From Laspinema palackyanum D2b (GTDB lineage Bacteria > Cyanobacteriota > Cyanobacteriia > Cyanobacteriales > Laspinemataceae), in assembly GCF_025370835.1 (NCBI RefSeq), contig NZ_JAMXFE010000013.1: 64,000 nucleotides of DNA, one strand, 5' to 3'. Below, piece after piece: positions 42,110 to 52,141 of the stretch; position 1 is the stretch's first letter, and each line of letters begins with the position of its first letter. The position numbers were made by a program, and so were the translations under genes. The notes beneath the pieces were generated by a model that worked only from the letters and a program-made list of their open reading frames with translations, was not told the DNA's origin and ran no database searches.

Positions 42110-42715
42110 CTACATTTGAGGCGGTAGAATTACTTTATCAATCACATGAATCACGCCGTTACTTGCTTGGATATCGGCTTGAACCACGTTAGCACTATTG
42201 ACCATAACGCCATCGTCAGCAACGGTGACATTGATGGAACGTCCTTCAAAAAGGCTGGGAACTTCCGTCGTACTCAAATCCCCAGACATGACTGAACCCT
42301 GTACGACATGGTAGGTTAAAACTTGAACCAAAAGCTGGCGGTTTTCCGGCTGTAATAACTGCTCTAAAGTGCCTTCGGGTAAAGCGGCAAAAGCCTCATC
42401 GGTGGGTGCAAAAACGGTGAAGGGACCTTCACCGGAGAGGGTATCCGTTAAACCGGCAGCTTCTAAAGCGGTAGTGAGGGTGGAGAAGGATTCGCTACCC
42501 GCAGCAATGTCAGCAATTGTCTGTTGACTCGTTTCCATTGTGCTCGCGGGGGTTTGAGTCACAGATTCGGCGATCGCCTCATTAGAATCGGTCATGTTAT
42601 CTGCTGCGATGCTCACCCCTGCCACCACAGGCAATCCCATCATTAAACTCGTTCCTGCAACACCCAAAAAGATAGCAACCTTTTTGTTGAAACCGTTCCA
42701 AATTTTAGAGTTCAT
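42110..42715 (-). CDS. Fasciclin (FAS1) domain protein, secreted
   Basis: Signal peptide; FTVFAPTDEAF...LTYHVV...VIHVIDKVL FAS1 motifs. Confidence 0.85.
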   Translation of the reverse strand: MNSKIWNGFNKKVAIFLGVAGTSLMMGLPVVAGVSIAADNMTDSNEAIAESVTQTPASTMETSQQTIADIAAGSESFSTLTTALEAAGLTDTLSGEGPFTVFAPTDEAFAALPEGTLEQLLQPENRQLLVQVLTYHVVQGSVMSGDLSTTEVPSLFEGRSINVTVADDGVMVNSANVVQADIQASNGVIHVIDKVILPPQM

Positions 42716-43756
42716 CAGGTTTTCCTTAATATGTGAAGAATCGAAATTTTCGATGTATGAAGTAATGTTACACGATGGTTTCGGATTTGCCCACTCTATC
42801 GAAAAATTTTGTCAAAATTCCTGAAATAGCGGGGCCTAGCCCCTATTCATCAGGGTTCTAGCTGGGGGATTAATGGGCCTGGAATTGCCCGGATGAAGGG
42901 GGCGATCGGTCAAACTATCCTCACCCTAAAAACCTCTCAAATCTTTGTCCCTCAATAATTTTATGGATAAGTCTGGAAAGATTGGCTCGGGAGTCCCTCC
43001 CCAAAAAGTGGGGGATGGAAAACCCCCTTTTTTCAAGGTTGAGTTTATGAACTGAGAGGGGATGAGTCTTACTTAAATGTGAAAATACCGTGACCCTTGA
43101 GGGATTAATTTAGCCGTCAAAGCCAGTCTCTCTGGATTTTTTTAGCGTTAAATTAAGGGAAACTAGCATCTTTTCACTTAAGTTCTTTTTTAAGTGAACA
43201 TAAGAACTAATCAAATATCTATCCTAGGATAGAGAGAAAACAGGTCAAAATACTCTCTTTAATTCGGAGGATGTTTAGCGATCGCATCGCCTAGACTGAC
43301 TGCCTTTGATTCCGAGTCATATCAGGGGCGATCGATTGCTGCCTCACTGAAAATCCCGAAGCTCACCTGCATCCTAAAGGACAAGTCAAAATGGGTGAGT
43401 TATTGTCTTTAGCCGCAAGTAGTGGGGTGCAAGTGGTTGTATAAACTCATAGCGATCATGTTTTAAATGGGATTCGTCTTACGGTTCATGGCGGAAAACT
43501 AGCCCCCCAAGATGTGCAATTTCTGGACTCGAACTAAACAAGGGGTGACCGAGGTAATTTCTCCCCATATCGATCGCACTGGAAGAATTGACCAATGGCC
43601 CGATGGCTTCTTTAATGAATGGGAGAACAGTTTATATGCCTTGTTAGAACTAGCCGGAGAATAAGATATGATGGAGGCTATGCTGCCGATCGCGAGTTTA
43701 GCGGTTGTATGTTCAATGTTAATCTCTCAACCTGATTTCCTATTCCTGAGACTCCC

Positions 43757-44071
43757 ATGAATCAACAAGAATTGCTCGATCGCCTCAAACAAACAGTCCA
43801 CGAAGTCGAACCGGAAGCCGAAATCATCTTATTTGGTTCCCGTGCCCGTGGGGATGCCGCATCAGACTCGGATTGGGATTTTCTGATTCTTCTGAATGGT
43901 GAGGTTGACCCCGATCGCTCCTTAGCAGTCCGCGATCGCTTATATCATCTGGAATGGGACTGTGGCAAAGTCCTCACCTCCATTGTCCGCAGTCGTCAAG
44001 ACTGGCAAACTCCACTTTACCAGTCCACCAGATTATATCAATCAATTCAAGAACATGGCATCCTCCTATAA
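43757..44071 (+). CDS. Nucleotidyltransferase-domain protein (MNT-type, antitoxin-like); no HEPN partner adjacent
   Basis: LFGSRARGDA...SDWD is the minimal NTase GS...D.D motif. Confidence 0.8.
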   Translation: MNQQELLDRLKQTVHEVEPEAEIILFGSRARGDAASDSDWDFLILLNGEVDPDRSLAVRDRLYHLEWDCGKVLTSIVRSRQDWQTPLYQSTRLYQSIQEHGILL

Positions 44072-44088
44072 ACCCGATATCGCCTCCC

Positions 44089-44122
44089 CAAGAAAAAAGC
44101 CCGCTTGAATACGGGCTTTCTC
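44089..44122 (-). terminator. Intrinsic terminator for adhE (hairpin AAGCCCGTATTCAAGCGGGCTT followed by TTTTTT on the minus strand)
   Basis: Stem-loop plus T-run read on the reverse complement immediately 3' of the adhE stop. Confidence 0.6.
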
Positions 44123-44141
44123 CTTGTAGATTAGCTGGACA

Positions 44142-46844
44142 TTAAGAGTTACTTTCCACCATCAGCGGCTGGATGATAGAAGTTACAGCATCAGCGCCAT
44201 TGCCTTGTAACACCTCTTCCTGAGATTCTTGATGATACAAAGCCGAATCGATGCGGCAACCTCGGTAAGCTAGGACATACAACTCTTTAAGGTCGCGAAT
44301 CAGGGGATAGCGGGGATTGGCACCTGTACATTGGTCGTCAAATGCCTGATCCGCCATTTCTTCCACTTCTTCGTAGAAGGCTTTGTCATCCCCAGAGAGG
44401 GCTTCTTTCAGGGTCAGAGGAATGTCTAACTCTTTCTTGAGGTTCTCGATCGCCTCTACCAAGTTCTCGATTTTCTCTTGTTCAGTCTCCCCACCCAGTC
44501 CGAGATAGTCGGCAATCCGCGCATACCGCCATTTGGCATTGGGATATTTGTATTGCGGGAAGATCGCTTGCTTAAAGGGCGTGTCCGTGGCATTATACCG
44601 GATGACGTGAGAAATCATCAAGGCATTGGCTAACCCGTGGGGGACATGGAAGGTCGAACCCAGTTTGTGCGCCATTGAGTGACAGACTCCCAGGAAGGCG
44701 TTGGCAAATGCCATCCCGGCGATCGTCGCGGCATAATGCACTTTCTCCCGCGCTTTCGGGTCTTTGGCCCCATTTTTGTAGGAGGAAGGCAGATACTTAA
44801 ACAGCAGGCGAATCGCTTCTAAGGCCAATCCGTTGGTAAACTCAGAAGCACAGACGGAAACGTAGGCTTCTAAGGCATGGGTGAGGGCGTCGATGCCACC
44901 ATAAGCGGTGAGTTTCTTGGGCATATTCAGCACCAATTCCGGATCGACGATCGCCATGTTCGGAGTGAGTGCGTAATCTGCCAGGGGATACTTGATTCCT
45001 GTGCGATCGTCCGTGACGACGGCGAAGGGGGTGACTTCTGAACCCGTTCCCGAGGTGGTGGGAATGGCAACCATGATTGCTTTGACACCCAAGGGAGGGA
45101 GTTCATATACCCGTTTGCGGATGTCCATAAACCGGGTGGCGAGTCCTTCAAATTCAATTTCCGGATGTTCATACATCAACCACATGACTTTCGCCGCATC
45201 CATCGGGGAACCTCCCCCAAGGGCGATAATCACGTCGGGTTTGAAGGAGTTCATCCGCGCCAGTCCCTTATTGACCGTAGTCAGGGATGGATCGGGTTCC
45301 ACGTCGAAGAAGATGTCATATTTGACGCCAATTTCTTCGAGGACTTCTTCCACGGACTTGGTGAGACCCATGTCGTACAACGGTTTATCCGTGACGATAA
45401 AGGCGCGTTGTTTTCCGGCGAGTTCCCGTAGCGCGATCGGGAGAGAACCATATTTAAAGTACACTTTGGGCGGAATCCGGAACCAAAGCATATTTTCCCG
45501 GCGTTCCGAGATAGTTTTGATGTTGAGCAAATGTTGGGGACCAACGTTTTCGCTGATGGAGTTGCCTCCCCAGGTCCCGCAACCGAGAGTCAGGGAGGGG
45601 TCAAGGCGGAAGTTATACAGGTCGCCGATCGCCCCTTGAGAGGAGGGGGTATTAATCAGCACCCGCGCCGTTTGCATTTGCCCTTCAAATTCGTGGATAT
45701 TCTGGGTATTCGCCGGAGAGGTATAGAGTACAGCAGTATGTCCCCGTCCGCCAAACTGCACTAAGTCATGAGCTTTATGGACGGAATCGTGAAAATCTGT
45801 CGCCCGATACATGGCTAAGATAGCCGACAGTTTCTCGTATGCAAAGGGTTCAGCTTCGGAAATCTCTTCCACTTCGCCAATCAGCACCCGCGTCTCTTCG
45901 GGAACGGAAATTCCAGCAATTTCAGCCAGTTTTTGAATGGATTGTCCGACAATATCCGGATTTAAGCGTCCGTTGACAATGATTTTGCTGCCGAGTTTTT
46001 GCCGTTCTTCCGGATTCAGGAAATATGCGCCGCGATCGCTAAATTCCTGTTTGACCTCCTCATACACCTCATCCACCACAATCACCGATTGTTCTGAGGC
46101 GCAAATCATCCCATTGTCAAAGGTTTTGCTGAGAATAATCGAGGAAACCGCCATTTTAATATGAGCCGTTTCATCAATCACCGCAGGAGTATTCCCCGCA
46201 CCTACCCCTAAAGACGGATGTCCCGAAGAATAGGCCGCTTTGACCATACCCGGACCGCCAGTTGCCAGGATTAATTTAATCTCCGGATGCTGCATCAACT
46301 GCTGAGATAACGGCACTGTGGGCTCGTCAATCCAGCCGATCAGGTCTTCCGGTGCTCCGGCAGCTACGGCAGCTTCCAGGATGATTTTTGCCGCATCTCG
46401 GGTGCATTCTTTCGCCCGAGGGTGGGGAGAGAAAATAATCCCGTTCCGGGTTTTGAGGGCGAGGAGGGCCTTAAAAATAGCCGTGGAGGTGGGGTTGGTT
46501 GTGGGGACGATCCCCGCTAGAATGCCCACAGGTTCGGCGATTTTCTGGAAGCCAAAAGATTTGTCTTCTTCGATAATGCCGCAGGTCTTTTCGTGCTTAT
46601 ATTTGTTGTAGATAATTTCTGAGGCAAAGTGGTTTTTAATCACCTTGTCTTCCACGACTCCCATGCCGGTTTCGGCCACGGCTTTCTTAGCCAGGGGAAT
46701 GCGGGCTGAGTTGGCGGCGAGGGCTGCTTTTTTGAAAATTTCATCCACCTGTTGCTGACTGTAGGTGGCATATTTTTCTTGGGCGGCTTTGACGCGCTGA
46801 ATCAGTTCTTCGAGTTCTTGAGTGTTGGTGACTTTGCTGTTCAT
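44142..46844 (-). CDS. adhE: Bifunctional acetaldehyde-CoA / alcohol dehydrogenase
   Basis: 900 aa with an N-terminal aldehyde dehydrogenase and a C-terminal iron-containing ADH, including the GGGSPMD motif. Confidence 0.95.
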   Translation of the reverse strand: MNSKVTNTQELEELIQRVKAAQEKYATYSQQQVDEIFKKAALAANSARIPLAKKAVAETGMGVVEDKVIKNHFASEIIYNKYKHEKTCGIIEEDKSFGFQKIAEPVGILAGIVPTTNPTSTAIFKALLALKTRNGIIFSPHPRAKECTRDAAKIILEAAVAAGAPEDLIGWIDEPTVPLSQQLMQHPEIKLILATGGPGMVKAAYSSGHPSLGVGAGNTPAVIDETAHIKMAVSSIILSKTFDNGMICASEQSVIVVDEVYEEVKQEFSDRGAYFLNPEERQKLGSKIIVNGRLNPDIVGQSIQKLAEIAGISVPEETRVLIGEVEEISEAEPFAYEKLSAILAMYRATDFHDSVHKAHDLVQFGGRGHTAVLYTSPANTQNIHEFEGQMQTARVLINTPSSQGAIGDLYNFRLDPSLTLGCGTWGGNSISENVGPQHLLNIKTISERRENMLWFRIPPKVYFKYGSLPIALRELAGKQRAFIVTDKPLYDMGLTKSVEEVLEEIGVKYDIFFDVEPDPSLTTVNKGLARMNSFKPDVIIALGGGSPMDAAKVMWLMYEHPEIEFEGLATRFMDIRKRVYELPPLGVKAIMVAIPTTSGTGSEVTPFAVVTDDRTGIKYPLADYALTPNMAIVDPELVLNMPKKLTAYGGIDALTHALEAYVSVCASEFTNGLALEAIRLLFKYLPSSYKNGAKDPKAREKVHYAATIAGMAFANAFLGVCHSMAHKLGSTFHVPHGLANALMISHVIRYNATDTPFKQAIFPQYKYPNAKWRYARIADYLGLGGETEQEKIENLVEAIENLKKELDIPLTLKEALSGDDKAFYEEVEEMADQAFDDQCTGANPRYPLIRDLKELYVLAYRGCRIDSALYHQESQEEVLQGNGADAVTSIIQPLMVESNS

Positions 46845-47943
46845 GTTAATTCTTTTCCTATCTCTCTAGTACCACAACATTAACATTTAGATAGGCTCGT
46901 TATGGATAGAATCGCCGGTTTTTGATGAGTGGTCTGGGATAACGATTCCTGCTCGGGTTTGAGCGGGTCACTTGTAATCTAGGCTACCCATTTTCATCCA
47001 GAGGTTGAGCGGGCGGAATTCATGGCTCAGATCACGCTTTTGACGCTGATCCGAGGGGTGGATTCCAGAATCTTCCCTCGTTTCGCCATTTTTACGCCGT
47101 TCCTTCAACTTCTATACCTCTATCATAAACAATTTTTTGGATTTTAGGACAGCAAGGGTTAAAATATTTTTTGAAGGGTTTGTATCTAGGGAATCTCTTT
47201 ATTGTAACATTTTTTTCTGCTTTTGCCGAGGCTGAAATCTTAAATTTTTCTACAGTTTTAAAAAAATCCGTGGATCGATGGGAGTGACTCAGGAACAGAG
47301 CGTTGAACCGATGCCGAAGCTCAAGTCAGGATCTAAGTGGAAGATTACCCGGGGACATCGCCCAGGATTTTATTATATTTTAAGCTTTCTTTTGAGCTTG
47401 TGGATGCAGTTGATGCTACGGAGAACGAGTGGGAAACTGCCTCGGGTTGCCGAATCCTCTGCCACCACAGTCCCGGATGGTTCGGTGGGGAGCCCACCCC
47501 GTTGCTACATCCGAAAAATTGGGTCCTCCTCAATCGGTGATGTTGGTTTTGTCATGTTATATATAAATTCACCCACCTACCCCTGTCAAGGTGATAAATT
47601 TGATAACGAAAAAGAGTGATGGAATGTAGGGGCGCTTCGAGAAGCGCCTGTCCAAGAACTCAATTTGATAACGAACAAGAGTGAGGGAATGTAAGAGAAT
47701 TATATACAATAGTTTAATATTTGATTGGCTCAGGACTTACGCAATCTATAAAAATGAACCACCCCCAAATGTAGGGGCGATTCGCGAATCGCCTCTACAT
47801 TTGGGTTTCGCCCTCCAAAAATGCGTAATTTCTGTAATCGCATCTGTATCCCCTGAGCCCAGGAACCGCTCTATCTCAATTTCAATACATCAGCAGCTTA
47901 CTCACTCGCTACATTCACCCCAAAAAACCGGGTTCTGCCCACC

Positions 47944-49305
47944 CTAATGACTCAAATTCATAAGATAGTGTTGCATCACCGGGTCTAGGGTTAAAGCCGT
48001 AGATTTGTAGAGTAAATTTCGTTTTTTCAGGGATTGAATCGCCTTGAAAAAATCAGAATCTGATAAAAGTTCCGGGGGTTTATGGCTAATCTCCACAGGT
48101 TGTTCTTGGTTAGCTAACCACCGAATCAGGACTTGCTCCGATTCACAGAGGCGTTGATAATGTTGTTTGAGAATCGGTTCTATATTGCCTAAATAGAGGG
48201 GAGGATAGGAGAGGAATGTTTCCACACTCCCATCAAATAGCTCCAGGATAGCTGTAGCGATGATATTTAACCATAAAGGGTTGCCATTATAAAGTTGAAT
48301 CAGCCGTGACCATTGAGGTTGGTCCTGGAGTTTCCTAGCGGTGAGGAGTTGGCTGGCTGATTTTCCTAAACCGGCAAGTTGGAGAGTTTTGCAGGAGCAT
48401 TCTTCCGCTTCTAGGGTAGCAACTTCTAGGGGCTGTTCCCAACTGAGGAGCAACAAACAACTGCCATGAGAAAATCGCCCCATTTCTTCGAGGAAACGAC
48501 CATAGTTTTGGTATCCGGGGCAGTAATTTCCGACTAACTCCCCAGGGGTCAAAGTGTCTTGAAAATCGTCAAGGATGATTAAGCAGCGGTGGGTTCTGAG
48601 ATAGTCTAAAAAAGAGTTACGAGAGTTTAAATAGGTGATGAGTGATTGATTTTGGATGGGGGAAGTTGGGGCGATAAATTCGATGATATGGCTTTGCAGA
48701 GCGTTGAGGGTGGGGAATTTGCGATGACTGCGCCACAGGATGCGATCGAAGTTGTCTTTGATCTCTTCCACCAGTTGTCTAGCCAGGGCAGTTTTACCGA
48801 TACCGGAGAGTCCAGTGAGGGTGATAATCCGGCTTTGTTCGGTCAGAATCCATTGTTTGAGGGTCGCCAGTTCGTCCGTGCGGTTGTAGAAGCGGAGATT
48901 ATCAGGGGCTTGGCTGAGGTCGTGGCGAGGTTCTGGTTGGGTTTTGGGGGTGGAGGGCGATCGGTTTTTCTTTTTTTTGGAATTATTGTATGGTTCGCTA
49001 CAGATATTTATGTTATTTCCAATATGCACCACATCATTGTAATAAGAAAAGACCCCATTTTCGATAAGGGAGCGAACATTCTTTTTTTTCACATCCTCTC
49101 CCAACAGATCCGACAGGAGTTTCCATAATTCCGATGCTGACTTCCGGACATGATCGTTGCTGCAATGGTATTCCTCAGCGATCTCCTTATATTCCTTGTG
49201 TTCCCAGACCCCCTCCAAAATAGCCCGTTGCAGCGAGTCCAGATGCTTCCCAGTTTTCGCAAAAATCAACTCATCCGTCCACTGCAAGGCTTCTTGAATC
49301 TCCAT
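47944..49305 (-). CDS. STAND-class NB-ARC NTPase (453 aa) with an N-terminal LuxR/GerE-like HTH domain; no C-terminal repeat sensor
   Basis: HTH LDSLQRAILEGVWEHKEYKEIAEEYHCSNDHVRKSASELWKLL; P-loop GLSGIGKT; Walker B LIILDD; sensor-1-like GSCLLLLS; GxP-like GNPLWLNIIA. Confidence 0.8.
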   Translation of the reverse strand: MEIQEALQWTDELIFAKTGKHLDSLQRAILEGVWEHKEYKEIAEEYHCSNDHVRKSASELWKLLSDLLGEDVKKKNVRSLIENGVFSYYNDVVHIGNNINICSEPYNNSKKKKNRSPSTPKTQPEPRHDLSQAPDNLRFYNRTDELATLKQWILTEQSRIITLTGLSGIGKTALARQLVEEIKDNFDRILWRSHRKFPTLNALQSHIIEFIAPTSPIQNQSLITYLNSRNSFLDYLRTHRCLIILDDFQDTLTPGELVGNYCPGYQNYGRFLEEMGRFSHGSCLLLLSWEQPLEVATLEAEECSCKTLQLAGLGKSASQLLTARKLQDQPQWSRLIQLYNGNPLWLNIIATAILELFDGSVETFLSYPPLYLGNIEPILKQHYQRLCESEQVLIRWLANQEQPVEISHKPPELLSDSDFFKAIQSLKKRNLLYKSTALTLDPVMQHYLMNLSH

Positions 49306-49500
49306 AGCTCCTCAATTGGCTCCTAATTTTGGGTACTTTCACCCCCTATTATCCCCCTTTTGCTAACAAAATCCCACATTTCCCTCTTTTTGGATTTGTA
49401 AACCCCTCCGAGATCCAGCCCTAAATCCCACTTTCATGGGGTTGTAATATTTCCTTAAAATTGAGATAATTTAGAAAAATAATTAGTGGAGTTATTTATT

Positions 49501-49668
49501 ATGAGTCCAGAAAAGCCCCCTGATCGCGCTGGTAAAAAAGAACGGCAGATGACTAAGTGTACCAATCCCAGATGTAATGGTGGTAGAGTAACCTTTACTG
49601 ATAAGTCGGGTAAAACAGAAACTTCCCAATGCCCGACTTGCAAAGGAACAGGACGAGTACCTGGTTAA
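49501..49668 (+). CDS. Small zinc-ribbon protein (55 aa) with two CxxC pairs (CTNPRC...CPTCKGTG)
   Basis: DnaJ-type CxxCxGxG motif; GGAG 9 nt upstream of the ATG. Confidence 0.45.
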   Translation: MSPEKPPDRAGKKERQMTKCTNPRCNGGRVTFTDKSGKTETSQCPTCKGTGRVPG

Positions 49669-49675
49669 AACCTTA

Positions 49676-49874
49676 CGGTTCGCTCATTTTTAATTGAGTT
49701 TTTGAGATAGCCTAGGAGTATATGAGGGTTACAGACTTCATAGCTTGCTCTTGACAAAAGTCAGTTTATATGTATTTCATGCCGGAGTTACTGATTTATT
49801 CTCAGTATTCAAGTCAAAACGCTATATATAGTGTTTTACAATTCTCCGAACCCCTAAAAAAATGAGCGAACCGC
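49676..49874. repeat. ~200-bp AT-rich element bounded by perfect 15-bp inverted repeats GGTTCGCTCATTTTT / AAAAATGAGCGAACC (MITE-like)
   Basis: Termini read directly as exact reverse complements. The element abuts the truncation point of the gene fragment at 49923. Confidence 0.5.
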
Positions 49875-49922
49875 AAGTAAAACGTAGCTTAAATTCTTGA
49901 AAAATAAGCAGTAGTGGTATTC

Positions 49923-50054
49923 CTAGGCGATATCTTTATATTCTTTACCTTCCCATACACCCTCCAAAATAGCGGGTTGCAGGGAGTCCAGACGCTTCGC
50001 ACTTCTGGCAAAAATCAATTCATCAGTCCACTGCAAGGCTTCTTGAATTTCCAT
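49923..50054 (-). pseudogene. 5' fragment (about 44 codons) of a second copy of the STAND-HTH gene, with a duplicated promoter/leader
   Basis: MEIQEALQWTDELIFARSAKRLDSLQPAILEGVWEGKEYKDIA parallels the N-terminus of the 47944..49305 product. Upstream leader 50060-50200 resembles 49320-49450. Homology stops at KDIA followed by a stop. Confidence 0.6.
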
Positions 50055-50299
50055 AGCTGCTAAAGGGGATTGTAGTTTTGTATGGTTTTGTGTAGTTTGC
50101 CCCCCCTTATCCCACATTTTCCCCCTTTTTGCCACAAAATCCCTCCTTATCCCACTTTCTTACTTTTAATTCTTTCATAAATAACCCCCGAAATCTCACT
50201 TTTATGGTGTTGACTTACTGAAAATAAATTGAGACAATTATCGGCATCAATAAAAATTCTCCTAAATTGGTTAGTATAGTAGTCTTTGAGGAATAATTT

Positions 50300-50470
50300 A
50301 TGAGATACGAGTACAGTACCAAAGTCGTTGACTTAGAAAAAGTTAATGTTGAATGCAATTCAATGGGTCAACAAGGCTGGGAGCTTGCGACAGCTTTACC
50401 ATATTCTAGATTAAATTGTTGCCAGCAATCTGTTCCGACGGTTGTATTAATTTTTAAGAAATCTGCATGA
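50300..50470 (+). CDS. DUF4177-like small protein (56 aa); stop overlaps the start of the downstream membrane protein
   Basis: MRYEYSTKVV...GQQGWELATAL matches DUF4177 (M.YEYK.V...L...G.EGWEL). GAGGA RBS. Not in the ORF track because it is under 60 aa. Confidence 0.5.
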   Translation: MRYEYSTKVVDLEKVNVECNSMGQQGWELATALPYSRLNCCQQSVPTVVLIFKKSA

Positions 50471-51138
50471 GTTGCTTTAATCACCAGCGCGATCAGATAA
50501 ATTATGGTCATCTAGAAACCCCCGCTTTTGTTAAATTTATCAACAACTTGGGCAGAATTCCTTTACTTGCTCATCATCCAGCCTGTACATATTACCACAA
50601 TCATATTATTTGGATTGGGAATTTACCCCTATGTTTAGGTTGTTTGATGATGAGTTGTGGAATAATCACGGGTTTTTTGCTGATTCCTCATTTAGGAGTT
50701 TTTAAAACTTTACCGTTTTTTGTATTACTTTCTCTAGGGGTTCTATTGTATCTTCCAGCGGTCCTTCAAATCTGGATCCAGAAAAAAATTTACAAAATTA
50801 TCGCTCGATTTTGCTTAGGTGTTTCGGTTGTGTTTCTTTGTTATGCAGGTTTGTGGTTAACGCCCAACTCAACTATAGGATGGATTTTAAAATTTGGATT
50901 TATCACTGTTTTCTATGGAGTTTGGTATCTGACTTTAAAAATGCGATCGCAATATTCAAAGTCTCCTTGCACAAGTTGCCCGGAAGGACGCTTTCCCCTT
51001 TGTTCCTATACAACTCATCGAATTCCTAAATTAGCACCACAATATTTCTCAGAATCTGATGGGAATAACCAAGAAGCGGATGAGTTTGTTACAGCATTAC
51101 AGTCCGTATATTCTCAACCCAAAAATGACACAATTTAA
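50467..51138 (+). CDS. Cys-rich integral membrane protein (about 4 TM helices; CLGCLMMSC and CTSCPEGRFPLC motifs)
   Basis: Hydrophobic segments and conserved-looking Cys clusters; low-GC context. Confidence 0.6.
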   Translation: MSCFNHQRDQINYGHLETPAFVKFINNLGRIPLLAHHPACTYYHNHIIWIGNLPLCLGCLMMSCGIITGFLLIPHLGVFKTLPFFVLLSLGVLLYLPAVLQIWIQKKIYKIIARFCLGVSVVFLCYAGLWLTPNSTIGWILKFGFITVFYGVWYLTLKMRSQYSKSPCTSCPEGRFPLCSYTTHRIPKLAPQYFSESDGNNQEADEFVTALQSVYSQPKNDTI

Positions 51139-51247
51139 AGATGGTTTTATCTGGTATGATGATTTTGTATAGATTAGCGAACTACCTCTAGCAACTGGAA
51201 TCTCTAGTCAGCCTAGTCAGTAGGGTTTCATACCCTCTCAACTCAAC

Positions 51248-51547
51248 CTACACAATCGTTTGCGTGTCTAATAACTCAGAGCATCGGATGATCAAGCGAT
51301 TCCCTGCAAGACGCTTTTCTCTTAAGATTTTGAGGTCTTCCTGAAACTCATCAATATCATAGTGGACGCAAATACCTCGCTCAGAAATCAGTTTTTGAAA
51401 CTGCATCCGATGCAGACCCAATAGCTCACTAGCTTTCCCTAAACTAATTTTATCTTGCTGAAACAACATCAGCACAATTTCCAACAATAGCTCATTTTCC
51501 GAAAGGCCACTCGCCTTTACTAAGTCATCGGCAATCACTAAACTCAT
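51248..51547 (-). CDS. UPF0175-family antitoxin-like protein (orphan)
   Basis: LLLEIVLMLFQQDKISLGKASELLGL...F..LL.ERGI is the UPF0175 consensus. Confidence 0.7.
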   Translation of the reverse strand: MSLVIADDLVKASGLSENELLLEIVLMLFQQDKISLGKASELLGLHRMQFQKLISERGICVHYDIDEFQEDLKILREKRLAGNRLIIRCSELLDTQTIV

Positions 51548-51727
51548 GGGGAACTCTCCTGGGCTGAAATCTCCTGCTTCAATCTTAGCTTAGCAGCCGG
51601 GAGAGCGATCTCGCCTGGTTGCAGATGCCATATTCCCTAGAATCAGAAACCGGGTTTCTCGGGTGGGTTTCTGCATCTTTGCTAAAACTTGACCAGAAAC
51701 CCGGTTTCTAAACACAGTTTTCTGCTC

Positions 51728-52141
51728 TTATCCTGGAATAACGTCAAAAGCATCTTTATCATAGAGTCGATAAACATAAAAATCACTATCTAAGGTAAAA
51801 ATCCGCTTAATCTTTTGACTTTCTGCCACAGCCACCAGAGAAGCATCGGCTAAATCCATAGGCAGATCTTGATATTTTTCCATCAAAACTTTCATGCGTT
51901 GACATTCGGCTTCATTAGCTGGATGAAGATACAAGGCTTTTCTATTGATGAACTCCCATAAGATGGCCTGTGCTGACCAACCTCGCAATTCTGATAAGAA
52001 GTACATCGCTTCAGTAAAACAAGGCCATGTTGTTAACATGGAACCTGTTAGAGTTTTGTAAGTTTGAACACATTTAACATGGGTATCTCCCTGGCCTTTA
52101 TCAATCAGAGCAATGAGAGGCCCAGTGTCCACTAAAATCAT
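51728..52141 (-). CDS. PIN-domain ribonuclease toxin (VapC-like)
   Basis: MILVDTGPLIAL...the acidic residue pattern including TLDSDF near the C-terminus. Confidence 0.8.
   Translation of the reverse strand: MILVDTGPLIALIDKGQGDTHVKCVQTYKTLTGSMLTTWPCFTEAMYFLSELRGWSAQAILWEFINRKALYLHPANEAECQRMKVLMEKYQDLPMDLADASLVAVAESQKIKRIFTLDSDFYVYRLYDKDAFDVIPG

Noticed and set aside
43757-44141. HEPN/HepT partner for the MNT nucleotidyltransferase, and HicA partner for HicB (54650-55140)
   Set aside because: Flanks were read in all frames and no HEPN Rx4-6H or HicA-like ORF was found. Only a short possible remnant (…KALMKVANLTEDDL) lies downstream of HicB. Both are reported as orphans.
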